Origin: Octopus bimaculoides
Taxonomy: Eukaryota
Reading direction: 5' to 3'
NCBI RefSeq assembly: GCF_001194135.2
Contig: NC_068983.1
Location: 14,807,495 to 14,871,494 of the forward strand
DNA: 64,000 nt
The stretch's first letter is position 1. Each line of letters starts with the position of its first letter. The translations under genes and the position numbers were made by a program. The notes beneath the pieces were generated by a model, which did no database searches, was not told the DNA's origin, and saw nothing but the letters and a program-made list of their open reading frames with translations. Shown one piece after another: positions 26,134 to 38,641 of the stretch.

Positions 26134-26792
26134 CATGATGATGGCCGTCCACTCGAGACCGAGGAAGACAATTGCTGACTTTCAGGAACATTGTGCGCTC
26201 TAGGACTAACTTACATTTTGCATTTGCGGCTCCGTTGGTGGCTAATGAGCTCTGCTCTTGACAAGCATACACGACTGCAAACATTGCAGACCAAGCTTTC
26301 CCCATTCACTATACGAGCCGTGCGCTTTCGCGCAGCTCACTTAAGTTCTTCATGCTGGATACGTGCTCTTTCAAAGGTGTCGATCCCCTCCTTAACCTGC
26401 TTCCTGCATCTGTGGCGATGACAGGAATTGTTCTCTCAGTCAGTGTTATGCATATCACAGGCCTTTAATGTGGACTTGACACAGTCCTTAAAGTGCAGCC
26501 CTGGTTTCTGCCGAAGTCTTCTTCCATTCACATGTTCTCCATATAGCAGCTGCTTAGGAATCCTGCTATCCTTCATTCTAATAAGGTGTCCAGTCCAACG
26601 TAACCTGTGCTTGTGCACTATTGCCTCAATACTCAAGATATCAGCTGTTCTCAGGACCTGTGTGTCTGGAATTTTTGAGGTCCAGCCAACATTGAGAATG
26701 TGTCTGAGACATCTCTGATGAAAGCGTTTAAGGACCCTTACCTGACGTTTCTACAGAATCCATGTCTCACATGAATAGAGGAGCGATGTCAG
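26134..26792 (-). mobile_element. RTE (BovB-like) LINE, 5'-truncated 3' end
   Basis: LTSLLYSCETW..RFHQRCLRHILNVGW..SIEAIVHKHRLRWTGHLIRMKDSRIPKQLLYGE..FKDCVKSTLK..CNVCSRVCLSRAELISHQR; tail ends CCATCATCAT. Confidence 0.92.
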
Positions 26793-27219
26793 TACACACA
26801 CACACACACACACACACATACACACACACACACATACATACATACATACCCTGTTGATGTTGAAATTCCAATGAAAGAGCTTTGGAACTATGTTGCAATC
26901 CCACTCTTCCTCTATTGGCAAAAAATCTTGAAATAAAACTGGATAATGACATACATATATAATATGAGTGTGTATGTATATGTGTTTATATGTCATTTTG
27001 TGAAGATGTTAGTAAAAGTCATTTGCGTGAGTTCTGTTGTCGGAAACTACAAATGGCCAGTCGTATGAATGTGTGTACATGTACGTATGTATATGTGTGT
27101 CTCACTCCTTCTCTCTCTCTCCACTCTGTTTCCCCCTCTCGCTCTCTTATTACACACACACACACACACTCACAGACACACACACACACACACGCGCGCG
27201 GACACACACACGCGCGCGC

Positions 27220-27264
<45 letters not shown>

Positions 27265-27946
27265 CACACATAGATATAAATGTTTGTGTGTGTATGTGTG
27301 TGTTACTATTTCTTGGCTTTGACATCACGCGATGGGTGTGAATGAACGAGTGGCACCGTGATACAATCGGTGTCCATTACCTACGATCTTCCGTTAGAAC
27401 ATATATGACCACGGAGATGTAGGCACTATGTGTGTGTCTGTGAGAGCGTATGTGTGTGTGCGTGCATATGCGTCGGTGTGTGTGTGCGTATGTGCGTATG
27501 TGCGTGTGTGTGTGTTTGCGTGTGTGTGTGCGTGCGTATGCGTTTGTCTGTCATCCATGCATATTAGCAAAGAATAGAAAATTCATTGAGAAACGAAATT
27601 TCTTGCTGTATTCATTCTGCCCGATGTTACAAAATATTCCTCTAAAACATTGACCCGCCAATGGCATTTCGTAATATTAACTGTTTTGAATATCTATGCC
27701 GATATCGTCTGTATATAGTGCAAAGTTTCTGAATGCAATACGTTTCAGGATAGGTCCTGTCGTATCTAATGATATCACAAAATAAATCAAAGTAGAAAAA
27801 TATCCCATCAGCTTAGAACTCTATCTGCCCAAATTTCTGCAGACAATACAAGATAAGCATTTTATACCTGGATACATTCTATTGGGTATGTTTGCAGTGC
27901 TGGATTATTAAAAAAATTGTGGATTTAGTCTTACCTAGTTAAATCT

Positions 27947-28329
27947 TGTTGTTGGCACTCCGTCACTTTCGACGTTGAGGGTTCCAGTTGATCCGATCAA
28001 TGGAACAGCCTGCTCGTGAAATTAACGTGCAAGTGGCTGAGAACTCCACAGACACATGTACCCTTAACATAGTTCTCGGGGATATTCAGCGTGACACAGT
28101 GTGACAAGGCTGACCCTTTGAATTACAGGCACAACAGAAACAGGAAGTAAGAGTGAGAGAAAGGTGTGGTGGAAGAGTACAGCAGGGTTCGCCACCATTC
28201 CCTGTCGGAGCCTCGTGGAGTTTTAGGTGTTTTCGCTCAATAAACACTCACAATGCCCGGTCTGGGAATCAAAACCGCGATCCTATAGCCGCGAGTCCGC
28301 TGCCCTAACCACTGGACCATTGCGCCTCC
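27947..28329 (-). mobile_element. tRNA-derived SINE family C, full length
   Basis: Head GGAGGCGCAATGGTCCAGTGGTTAGGGC, (CAA)n tail; 14-bp TSD ACCTAGTTAA(A/T)TCT at 27933 and 28330. Confidence 0.93.
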
Positions 28330-28361
28330 ACCTAGTTAATTCTAATTAATTAATATTTGAC

Positions 28362-28668
28362 ATTGTTGTATTTCGGGACGGTCATATTTTTTCGCCAATT
28401 AAACACACGCACTATATATTTGTTCTTCATTCGTTTATTACTGTTCGTATTTCTGTTCTAGAAGAACAAAATGGAGTAATTGGAACAAGAGCACGCACGA
28501 AAATGAAAGTGTCGCTGAAGAGGTCACAGATGTGTGACGAAAGATTTCCGGACAATGGACAAGAGTTAAAATGGACATGAGTTAAGATTTTTTTTTAATA
28601 TATAAGAACAGCAATAAACGAGTGTTTATTAGGCAAAAGAAAAAATGACCGTCCCGAAATACAACAAT
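28362..28668. mobile_element. MITE with ~45-bp TIRs
   Basis: ATTGTTGTATTTCGGGACGGTCAT at the left end and ATGACCGTCCCGAAATACAACAAT at the right; similarity extends to TAAACAC/GTGTTTA. Confidence 0.88.
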
Positions 28669-28767
28669 ATATGTTTCAACACACGATTTCACATCACATC
28701 AGGAATCTTAGAACACAAACTGATAAACGCAATATTTGGCAAATCTAATAAAAGAAATACTATAGTA

Positions 28768-29093
28768 TAATGCTAATAATAGGACGGTAGGCGATCTTTC
28801 GATACTAGATCCTATAACTTCCGGCCGTTGTGCGCACGTATACTGATTACATTATCGTATGGTGTGTTTATGTTTTTAAATGACTTGAAAATATGAAAAG
28901 ACAACATTAAATAGAAAAGAAAATGAATGGCCCACTAAACTCAAACCTTCTCCCCTGTGATTCACACAGTTCTCAAACTTTAAACACATAAACACACTAT
29001 ACGATAATTTAATCAGTATGCGTGCGCACAACGACCGGAAGTTATGGGATCTAGTACCGAAAGATCGCCAGACCGTATATTACTAGAGCACTG
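28768..29093. mobile_element. MITE with ~110-bp TIRs
   Basis: GGCGATCTTTCGATACTAGATCCTATAACTTCCGG..TGCGCACG..GTGTTTATG mirrored at 28985-29093; TA left flank, TG right flank. Confidence 0.9.
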
Positions 29094-30246
29094 TGTTTCG
29101 ATATAAAAGTTTAGAATGCACTATCATTGAATATATGATAGACCGATTTATTATTCAACACAGTTTTGGTAATTTATCTTTCTTTTATCATGTAATTGTT
29201 CCTTTCATTGGATGGCGACTATTCTGGTTCACTGTCTTGAAGACCTTCGTCGCCCGAGTTACGCGTAAATAAACAAACCAACATCGGTTTTCGAGCCGTG
29301 GTGTGGGGCACAAAAAAACACACAAAGGCGTACATACATAAGTATATAGCGGGCCAACAGTTCAAGACTAATTCTAGTAAAAGAAGAAATAGAATACATA
29401 CTTACGTATATGTATATATATATATGTACACGTCTTTGCCGGAAGAAAGAGAAAGTGAGGAAGAGTTAATACGACGTAATTGATGTAATAATTATCGATA
29501 TTGCTATACAAGCGATAGATTCAAGATTGCCGTTGATACATTGAAAATATTCAATGACGTCACTGCTACGTATCCAATCAGCAAGGTTTGAGACGATGGA
29601 AGTATGTAGAATACATTTATCTAATATTGATTTGCTAATAATACGTATCTCACTTTTTATTATGATTGATTAGTCTACAGCTGGGATTATGAGTAAAATT
29701 AGCAGAGATCTTTCAAGGTCACAAATGGCTTTTTTGGATTCTACTGTATTCTCGACGTTTAATTTAGTGGTTAGATATTTGTTACCTCATTAATACCGAT
29801 GTCATTAAGCTAATTTACTTATATGTTTGTTATAACAATTTCTTATATATTTCTTATAGCAATCTTGTCTATTAATAATTTATCATGTTAGCGTCTATCA
29901 CTTTCAGGGACGTTTTTTAGTATTTAGTCTTCGCAGTTTTAAGGAATTTATCTGGGGAGCATTTGAAAGGACTAGAGATTCTCTTCATAAATCCTGGACC
30001 GTTTTAAATTTGTAATTAGACGTAACGATTTCTACTTTCTTATTCCAATATGAAGGCGATACTTCGGAGATCTAAAATAAAACCGTTCTCTGTAGAAGTA
30101 CCAGGCGTCCTTTTGTTGAAGAAAAATGCATTCCATTTCATCCGTCTTAACAATTTCTGTTAATAATAAGTTACAAGATGCAAAATTGTTTACAAAGAAT
30201 TGGAATAACTTTCAAGGACAAGTTAATCTTGTGTTTTTCCATGCAG

Positions 30247-30264
30247 TTGGTTATTAGGCCCGTG
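30247..30264 (+). other. Candidate 18-nt microexon (unconfirmed)
   Basis: gttaatcttgtgtttttccatgcag|TTGGTTATTAGGCCCGTG|gtaagg; reads LVIRPV or xWLLGPx. Confidence 0.35.
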
Positions 30265-31189
30265 GTAAGGGCTCATCCGACATTTAGAACGTCGATGGCA
30301 TGCTTACAATAGTAAGAAATAAAATGTGATCAATGCCGCTCTGTGATCAGTAATTACGTACAGCCCTGTTAATCCGATAAAAATGGATGGACACAAGTTA
30401 TTTCTCTCCAGGCAAATGTAATGGTTGTTTTCGAGGAATTTTCTGCTTAACACCTTTTTATGGCCTCACAAATGTACACAATAGCTTTCAAGGAAATTTG
30501 TATTTGAAACCGGCGGTTGCCGCTTCTGTCTCGGAAATTTAATATAGTTTTCTGAATCAATAATTTATCCCAAAACCTCCACACACACACACTCATACTC
30601 ATGCAAACATTACCGTTGGTATGTGTGTGCATGTTCACACACACACAAACATACACACACACACACACACACATTCACATCCACATTATTTCGTTTGGCA
30701 CTATTTTGTTTCTGTGTCATATAATACAGAACACATCTATAGAGTTTAGTCTATATACAATGGTCGCAATACAATAGATATAAATATTACTTATACTTAC
30801 ATATGTACATAATTACAAACATATATACGTACACACACACATACATGCACACACATACATAAACACATACACACGATATAATACATATGTATATTCGTTA
30901 GTATGTGGGTGCTTTTGTATATATGACGGTGTATGCATATATTCATGCACTGTACTTATTATAACATATCCCAAATTTCAATATATATGCGTTATTAATA
31001 TAACTTTCTTATACCGCTGTACAGGGATGCATAAAATCTCTATAGAATAGATTTCCTTCATTCGTGCATTAGTTTTAACTATTCTGAGTAAGGTAAACTT
31101 TATTTATAATACAAAGAAAATAAATACAGCTACTTCTGCATATTTGATTCTTGACTGATTCCGCTGTTCTTCTCGTCTCTGAATATATA

Positions 31190-31213
31190 TACGTGTGTGC
31201 ATGTGTGTGTCTA

Positions 31214-31247
<34 letters not shown>

Positions 31248-31333
31248 TATGTATATATAGTATGCATATGTATATACATGCACGTACGTACGACTTGTAT
31301 GCCCTTATTTAACTATGTATATATATTTTATGA

Positions 31334-31366
<33 letters not shown>

Positions 31367-31615
31367 CTTCTGTGTGTGTGTCTGTTTATAAAGTGTTTCT
31401 AAGGCTGTTTTATGTTGTTTTCATCTGTATGTGTATGTTTGTGTGTGTATACACACACACGCACATATATATATTATGCATATGTGTATACATGCACGTA
31501 CGTACGATTTGTGTGCGTGTATTTATGTATGTATATATATATATACATATATATATTTGTGTGTATGTGTGTTTATGAAGTATTTCTAAAGCTATGTTTA
31601 ATGTTGTTTTCATTT
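31190..31615. repeat. Diverged ~210-bp tandem duplication rich in microsatellites
   Basis: TATGCATATG..TACATGCACGTACGTACGA and TTTCTAA..ATGTTGTTTTCAT each occur twice. Confidence 0.75.
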
Positions 31616-32022
31616 CGAAGTTAAATTGTTAACTTTCGGAGTTATATCCATTAAATATAATCCTATTATATCTCGGCCACCAAGGGGCAGGTTTTACATC
31701 ATACGAATAACTATTTCTATGCTAACTGTTCTGGTTAGGAAATAAGCTGCCAGTACATACAAAATTTCCCTTGGGTTTCTATAACTATTTGCGTAATAAT
31801 GCAGCATTATTATAAATACACAACAAATATATAGATGAAAAGTTTGCTTTGAATTTATCATATGAGTTTTAAAACGTAGCTTTGAAAGTAGGACTTGCTT
31901 GTAACTGTGTATTATGTGACGAACAATCACATAGAAGAGTTTACTATAATTACATTTCCTTTTGTGCAGATAATATATCTTGACCTCTTGCAGATACAAT
32001 GCGCACGCATGCAGCGACAAAT

Positions 32023-32056
<34 letters not shown>

Positions 32057-32531
32057 TCCACCTCCCCACATCTATTCATATATATATATTTATATATATN
32101 NNNNNNNNNNNNNNNNNNNNNNNNNNNNNNNNNNNNNNNNNNNNNNNNNNNNNNNNNNNNNNNNNNNNNNNNNNNNNNNNNNNNNNNNNNNNNNNNNNNN
32201 NNNNNNNNNNNNNNNNNNNNNNNNNNNNNNNNNNNNNNNNNNNNNNNNNNNNNNNNNNNNNNNNNNNNNNNNNNNNNNNNNNNNNNNNNNNNNNNNNNNN
32301 NNNNNNNNNNNNNNNNNNNNNNNNNNNNNNNNNNNNNNNNNNNNNNNNNNNNNNNNNNNNNNNNNNNNNNNNNNNNNNNNNNNNNNNNNNNNNNNNNNNN
32401 NNNNNNNNNNNNNNNNNNNNNNNNNNNNNNNNNNNNNNNNNNNNNNNNNNNNNNNNNNNNNNNNNNNNNNNTATATAAATATATATATAAATATATATAC
32501 ATATATATGTATATCTATATCGATATAGGTA

Positions 32532-32592
<61 letters not shown>

Positions 32593-33317
32593 GGTATGTA
32601 TGCATTCTATTTTGTACTCGGTGAGGAAATTGATTATATAGTTACTTAGTTTGATGTATGTCGCATGTCGCATTTCATCATAAACCTAATCGATATACAC
32701 TGTCTGTTTGTGTATGTGTATGTGTGTGTGTATACATTAGATAAACATACACACATACACACACTCATACAAACATATATATGTAAATGCATGAAATACA
32801 TGATATATTCCTTTCTGTAGAATATCTAATTCTGCTGAAAGTGCACAATACACATTTGATGTATAGATGTTGCATGAATTGGTGTTTCTTTGAGATGAGA
32901 TAATCACTAGGTTCCTGACAAACTTCTATGAAATCAAACGCCCAGTGAGTTATCATCTTACAGAATGTAAAATATACACGTCTTAATAGATATTCAATAA
33001 AGCGCATTCGATGTATATTCGTTATATTACATCATGATACAAGCTATGCAATGATTGAAGCAGAGAAAATATCAATTTTTGGCACATCTGCCAGAACCTG
33101 TTACGTGTTTTTTTTTTTACTTTTATTTTGCAAATTATGTTTAGCCCTAGGTCGAACTTGATCCGGCAGACCTAAAATTAAAGACAGGATATTTGGCTTC
33201 CATTATTAGCACGTTCAGATAACATATAGTGGGTCCCTAATTCACACCCTAGCGTTTCAAGTACATTATTTATTTTATTGAGATAAAAACAATATCTAGA
33301 TATATTTAGAAACATAA

Positions 33318-33725
33318 GGCGATGATATGGCAGAAACGTTAGCACGCCTGGTGAACTGTTTACCAGTATTTCGTCTGCCGCCAAGTTCTGAGTTCAAATT
33401 CCGCAGAGGTCGACTTTGCCTTTCATCCTTTCGGGGGTCGATAAATTAAGTACCAATTACGCACTGGGGTCGATGTAATCGACTTAATCCCTTTGTCTGT
33501 CTTTGTTTGTCCCCTCTATGTTTAACCCCTTGTGGGCAATAAAGAAATAAGAATCGTTAGCAGGCCGGGCGAAATGCTTAGCGGTATTTCGTCTGCCGTT
33601 ACGTTCTGAGTTCAAATTACGTCGAGGTCGATGTTGCTTTAATCCAATCGGGGTCGATAAATTCAGTAACAGTTGCGTTCTGGGGTCGATCTAATCGAGT
33701 GGCCCCTTCCCCAAAGATTTCGGGT
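33318..33725 (+). mobile_element. SINE family A, dimeric copy
   Basis: Unit 1 ends GTGGGCAATAAAGAAATAAGAA; unit 2 restarts CGTTAGCAGGCCGGGCGAAATG and ends in a different GGCCCCTTCCCCAAA tail. Confidence 0.9.
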
Positions 33726-33824
33726 AGAAAAGTATATTTCGAAACATACTATAGCGCATTTAACACTAGAGTACATTAATGAATTTGACTACGAAAGATA
33801 AGTTGTCGTATTCTTTTATTCGTT

Positions 33825-34190
33825 TATTATTCACCTTATTTCAGTCATTTGACTGCAGCCATGCTGTAGCACTGATCTTTCGTCAAAGAAATCGACCCTA
33901 CGATTTATTCTTTGTAAGCCTGGTATTTATTCTATCGGTCTCTTTTGCTGAACTGCAAAGTTACGGGGATGGAAACACACCAACGTCAGTTGTCAGGCGA
34001 TGGTAGGGGAGGGGGGAAAGCATTGACACAAAGACACACACACACATATACGAGGGTTTCATTCGGTTTCCGTCTACCAAATACACTTACCACTTTAGTC
34101 GGCCCGAGGCCATAGTAGAAGGCATATGCCCAAAGTATCACGCAGTGGGATTGAACTCGGAGCCAAGTGGTTGGGAAGCAAGTGTCTTAC
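33825..34190 (-). mobile_element. SINE-B, near full length, decayed
   Basis: Homologous to 42007-42411. Confidence 0.8.
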
Positions 34191-34401
34191 TATTTTATAT
34201 CAATTTCAGAAAAAAAAAAAAATTGTTCATTTTCTTATATAATGAGGTCTTGGGGAATCTTGCGGTCTTGCAGGAAGAAATTGGTGTGTGGCTCGGTGTA
34301 AGACCTAATTGCATCTCATTTCGCATAAGAGCCACAGATTGGTCAATAACTTGTCATTGAAATATGCCTTGTATCTTTGCGTGTGTGGTTATAGATGTAT
34401 A

Positions 34402-34502
<101 letters not shown>

Positions 34503-34564
34503 ACCACATGATAGCGCTAAGTAGTGATAAGTATAAATACAAACTTGTTACCAGTACAAATATA

Positions 34565-34826
34565 TTAATAAATAATAAATGCGCCCTTTTAAAGCCTAGC
34601 CAGGTTCATGGGCCCGGTTTCCCGGTTTCAATGGCGTATGTGTTCCCCAGCTGGACGTGACGCCAGTCCATCGCAGCGTTACTCATTTTTGCCAGCCGAG
34701 TGGACTGGCGCAACATGAAATGAAGTATTTTGCTCAAGAACACAACGCGCAGCCCGGTCTAGGAATCGAAACCACAATCTTACGATCATAATGCTGACAC
34801 CCTAACCACTAAGCTACGCGCCTCCA
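34565..34826 (-). mobile_element. tRNA-derived SINE family D, full length
   Basis: Head GGAGGCGCGTAGCTTAGTGGTTAGGG, B-box GTTTCGATTCC, (TTTA)-like tail; perfect 13-bp TSD CAGTACAAATATA at 34552 and 34827. Confidence 0.93.
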
Positions 34827-36989
34827 CAGTACAAATATACTTGAGTCATATTCGAACCCGTAAGAAAGCCATTCACTGTATTTTGTCACGGAAAAAATTT
34901 GTTGCTGATGACAAATAGGTGTAAATACACCGAGTTGGCTCATAGCATTTCATAACATATTGTGTTGAAGCATTCATTTCGGAGCGGTTATCTCCTCTTC
35001 TGTAACAGATACCGAACAGACAGACGCTGCCATCTTACACGATAGATAATTCCCTTTTATGATAATCCTGTCATCATTCAAGACTTGTTGTGATGTTCAG
35101 CGGCTCACTGTAAATAAATACGTGATGAAACGTTAAGTAGTGATGTGTATCGCGGCCATGATAATAATAATATACTATGCACACTTTTAAGATTAATGTG
35201 ATACATGTTTTTATTGTCTACAAATTAAGGAAGGCGCCTGTTTTCGCTATTTCGCATGACATGCTTTAAGGTTGTTATATACTGCAGTATTTTATAATTT
35301 CTAGATGGACTGTATTTATTTTTGTTGTTCTTGTTATTTTAGACGAACTCACAATTCAGCCTTTAAATAACAACATTGAGACTAAAGATATTCTTGTTGT
35401 AACCATCGGGTGTTATTCAAAAAAGACCAGTCAATGCCGGGTTACATTATTCAACGTTTTCTTAAATTATGTATAAATCCTAGCAGGCGAAGCGATCCCG
35501 TAAACGTTACCATCCCTTTCGGTATAAAAGGTAACATCACCATTAATGTATTTGTTTACTTCTTCTGAAAGATAATACGATATTGTATAATTTTGAATAT
35601 AATTTCATCATTGATTTGGTAGATTTAGCTAACAGGTAAATTATTCTTCAATAAAATTTTAATTTGAAATGTTAATAGTATACAGAAATATATTAGTGTA
35701 GAAATGTAATGATATATTTTACGTATTGATAAAATATTTTTTGGTTATCTAATTTATCATTTAGCAGAAAACACAATGTTTTAATTCAACTCCAGCGTCT
35801 CTATCTGATATGCTCCTTATTATTCAAACTTCGCACTGTCATATTTCCATAACACTCGTAAAGAAGCGTTGAGAAAAACAAATCTATACAGTAGGTGTGA
35901 ACATGTATATATATATCATAAAGAACAATCATTAAACACACACACACACATATTTATATATATATATATGTCGATGTGTGTGTGTGTGCGTATGTGCAAT
36001 GATTGTTCTTTATGATATATGCAGTAAAACTTGTTTTATCTGCTAACAATTCCTCACATCTAGATGCTATAAGGCAATATATTACAGCAACCTGTTCCAC
36101 ACGTTCACAATATACACTACCGTCAAACGGTTTATTTCACTCTTCCGAGATCAGAGTTGGGAAGAAATTTACTTTTCCTACTGGGAATCATATACCGTGT
36201 ATATATATATATATATATATATATATNNNNNNNNNNNNNNNNNNNNNNNNNNNNNNNNNNNNNNNNNNNNNNNNNNNNNNNNNNNNNNNNNNNNNNNNNN
36301 NNNNNNNNNNNNNNNNNNNNNNNNNNNNNNNNNNNNNNNNNNNNNNNNNNNNNNNNNNNNNNNNNNNNNNNNNNNNNNNNNNNNNNNNNNNNNNNNNNNN
36401 NNNNNNNNNNNNNNNNNNNNNNNNNNNNNNNNNNNNNNNNNNNNNNNNNNNNNNNNNNNNNNNNNNNNNNNNNNNNNNNNNNNNNNNNNNNNNNNNNNNN
36501 NNNNNNNNNNNNNNNNNNNNNNNNNNNNNNNNNNNNNNNNNNNNNNNNNNNNNNNNNNNNNNNNNNNNNNNNNNNNNNNNNNNNNNNNNNNNNNNNNNNN
36601 NNNNNNNNNNNNNNNNNNNNNNNNNNNNNNNNNNNNNNNNNNNNNNNNNNNNNNNNNNNNNNNNNNNNNNNNNNNNNNNNNNNNNNNNNNNNNNNNNNNN
36701 NNNNNNNNNNNNNNNNNNNNNNNNNNNNNNNNNNNNNNNNNNNNNNNNNNNNNNNNNNNNNNNNNNNNNNNNNNNNNNNNNNNNNNNNNNNNNNNNNNNN
36801 NNNNNNNNNNNNNNNNNNNNNNNNNNNNNNNNNNNNAGAGGGGACAAACAAGGACAGACAAAGGGATTAAGTCGATTACATCGACCCCAGTGCGTAACTG
36901 GTACTTAATTTATCGACCCCGAAAGGATGAAAGGCAAAGTCGACCTCGGCGGAATTTGAACTCAGAACGTAGCGACAGACAAAATACCG

Positions 36990-38641
36990 ATTTCTTTATT
37001 ACCCATAAAGAGCTATACAAAGAATTTTAAAGACATCACAAAACATAAAGGCAGTACAAAACGCAAACATAAAATCGGGGTAATTAAAATAAAATGATAA
37101 TATGCAAGAATGAAAAAAATGAGGCGCAATGTCCACTCGATCCCCGAAGTCGGGTGGTTACATTTATCCAGTTTTTCACTTTTACGTTCAACGTCTTGTA
37201 AACATTTTAGCGGTTTTGTAAATCAAAAAATTCAAACACTCGCGTTACCTTTCTCCCATTAACCATTGTTACTTCCGTCCTTATCAACTGCAAATAATCA
37301 GTTCTAGTGGGTGGTGTCTCCACCAACCATATCCGTTTCGTCATTATAATTTCACCAACTTCTTCTACGCGCTCCCAGCAGCCTTCCTCCGGTATCAAAA
37401 TGCATCTTTCAGCACATTTCTCTGGCATTTTCACTCTTATTACTTCTCCCAACCTCTCGACCCTTCTCTCCAACTGCTCGCAATGCTCGTACTTTATCAA
37501 AACCCCCTTGTATTTCGCATCTTTATCCGTTCTCTCCTCCTCTTCTTCTACATTATTAGTTTCTGGCTTTTTTTTTTATCTCTCTTTTGTTTTCTGTTGA
37601 CCGTTCCTTTGACTTATTTTTCCTTCGCTTTTTAGGGTTAGTAGCTCCATTTTCATTCGTCTCCTTTGTTTTCTCTGTTTCACACTTCTGTCTTTAATTT
37701 ATTTCCTCAGTGTGGTCTACAATGTTTTCCTCCTCTGCTTGTGCTTTCTCTTGCTGTGGCTGTGTGAACTCATATAGGGGGAATTTGGTCTTCATATGAC
37801 CTCTTTCCCCGCATATGTAGGAATTTGGTTTCCTTCCCTCGACTACAACATTTAACGTCCTCTCATCATCCACTTCTATCTGGTAGGGAATTCTTTCTAT
37901 GTCCTCGAATGTGGCAAAAAGCCACATTTTGAGTCCAAATACCCACCATTTTCGCACTTTTCATTTCGCCACTGGTCCCAATTCCGGCTCCTCCTTGGTT
38001 GCAGCCAGCACTGTTGCAACCAACAACTCTGGTTTAATTTCTGGTGTAACTCTGGGAATACGTATTTTTACACTTCTTCTTCCTCTATAACTTGGTAGCA
38101 ATGCTATTTTTTCACTTCTTAATATGTTGGTTGCATGCTTGGTTGCCTCTTCTATAGTGGCGAACCTCACCTCTACCGTACCGAACTTTCTTCCTCTGTT
38201 GATGTACATGGCTTCATTCACAATTTCACCCAGGCACTCCTCGATTTCCTCTTCCATCAACATTTAAATTTTACAGGTTTCGACAGCCTCTTTTCGATAC
38301 ACAACTGTCCTAATAATGTTTTCTTCTTTAGTTTCTTTTGGGGGGCACAATGTGTATGAGTCTCCCTCAACTTCTATCAAGTTCCTGCTTGTGGTCACCT
38401 CCTACATATCCAACTTGATTAACTTGGTTTCTAGCGGCACTGGCTTCCTCACTGCAGTGGCCTTGGCGTAGCTCTCCATACTGGAGACACTACCACTTGC
38501 CATAGCTGGGGAAAAAACGCAGCAGCTCGCGTGAAACGTTACCGTAATAGTTCCACAAAAATCACAATTATTTACCGAGACAGTTTTCACAAAGTAACAC
38601 AACCGTATTCACAATAATTCATCATAATTCACAGAGCCGTT
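36990..38641 (-). mobile_element. ORF1-only non-autonomous retroelement (HAL1-like; L1/Tx1-related)
   Basis: ~138-nt 5' UTR, one disrupted ORF, ~217-nt 3' UTR ending AATAAAGAAAT, 6-bp TSD ATACCG; no RT or endonuclease sequence. Confidence 0.75.
37207..38503 (-). pseudogene. Disrupted ORF1-like nucleic-acid-binding protein (~430 codons)
   Basis: The ORF-track pieces at 38402, 37961 and 37694 share one frame (4 stops) and join 37207 after a 1-nt slip in an A10 run; RRM-like GRKFGTVEVRF, LLPSYRGRR, decayed zinc knuckle VVVEGRKPN(S)YICGERGHMKTK(F)P, then a K/E-rich linker. Confidence 0.8.

Noticed and set aside
26709-26760. CTGATGA as a hammerhead core
   Set aside because: It is the antisense of the RTE codons for RFHQR; there is no stem II/GAAA.
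32821-32944. Strong acceptor and donor pair
   Set aside because: All three frames contain stops.
35487-35634. Two short plus-strand exon candidates (AKRSRKRYHPFRYK; DNTILYNFEY..)
   Set aside because: Weak acceptors; indistinguishable from chance.
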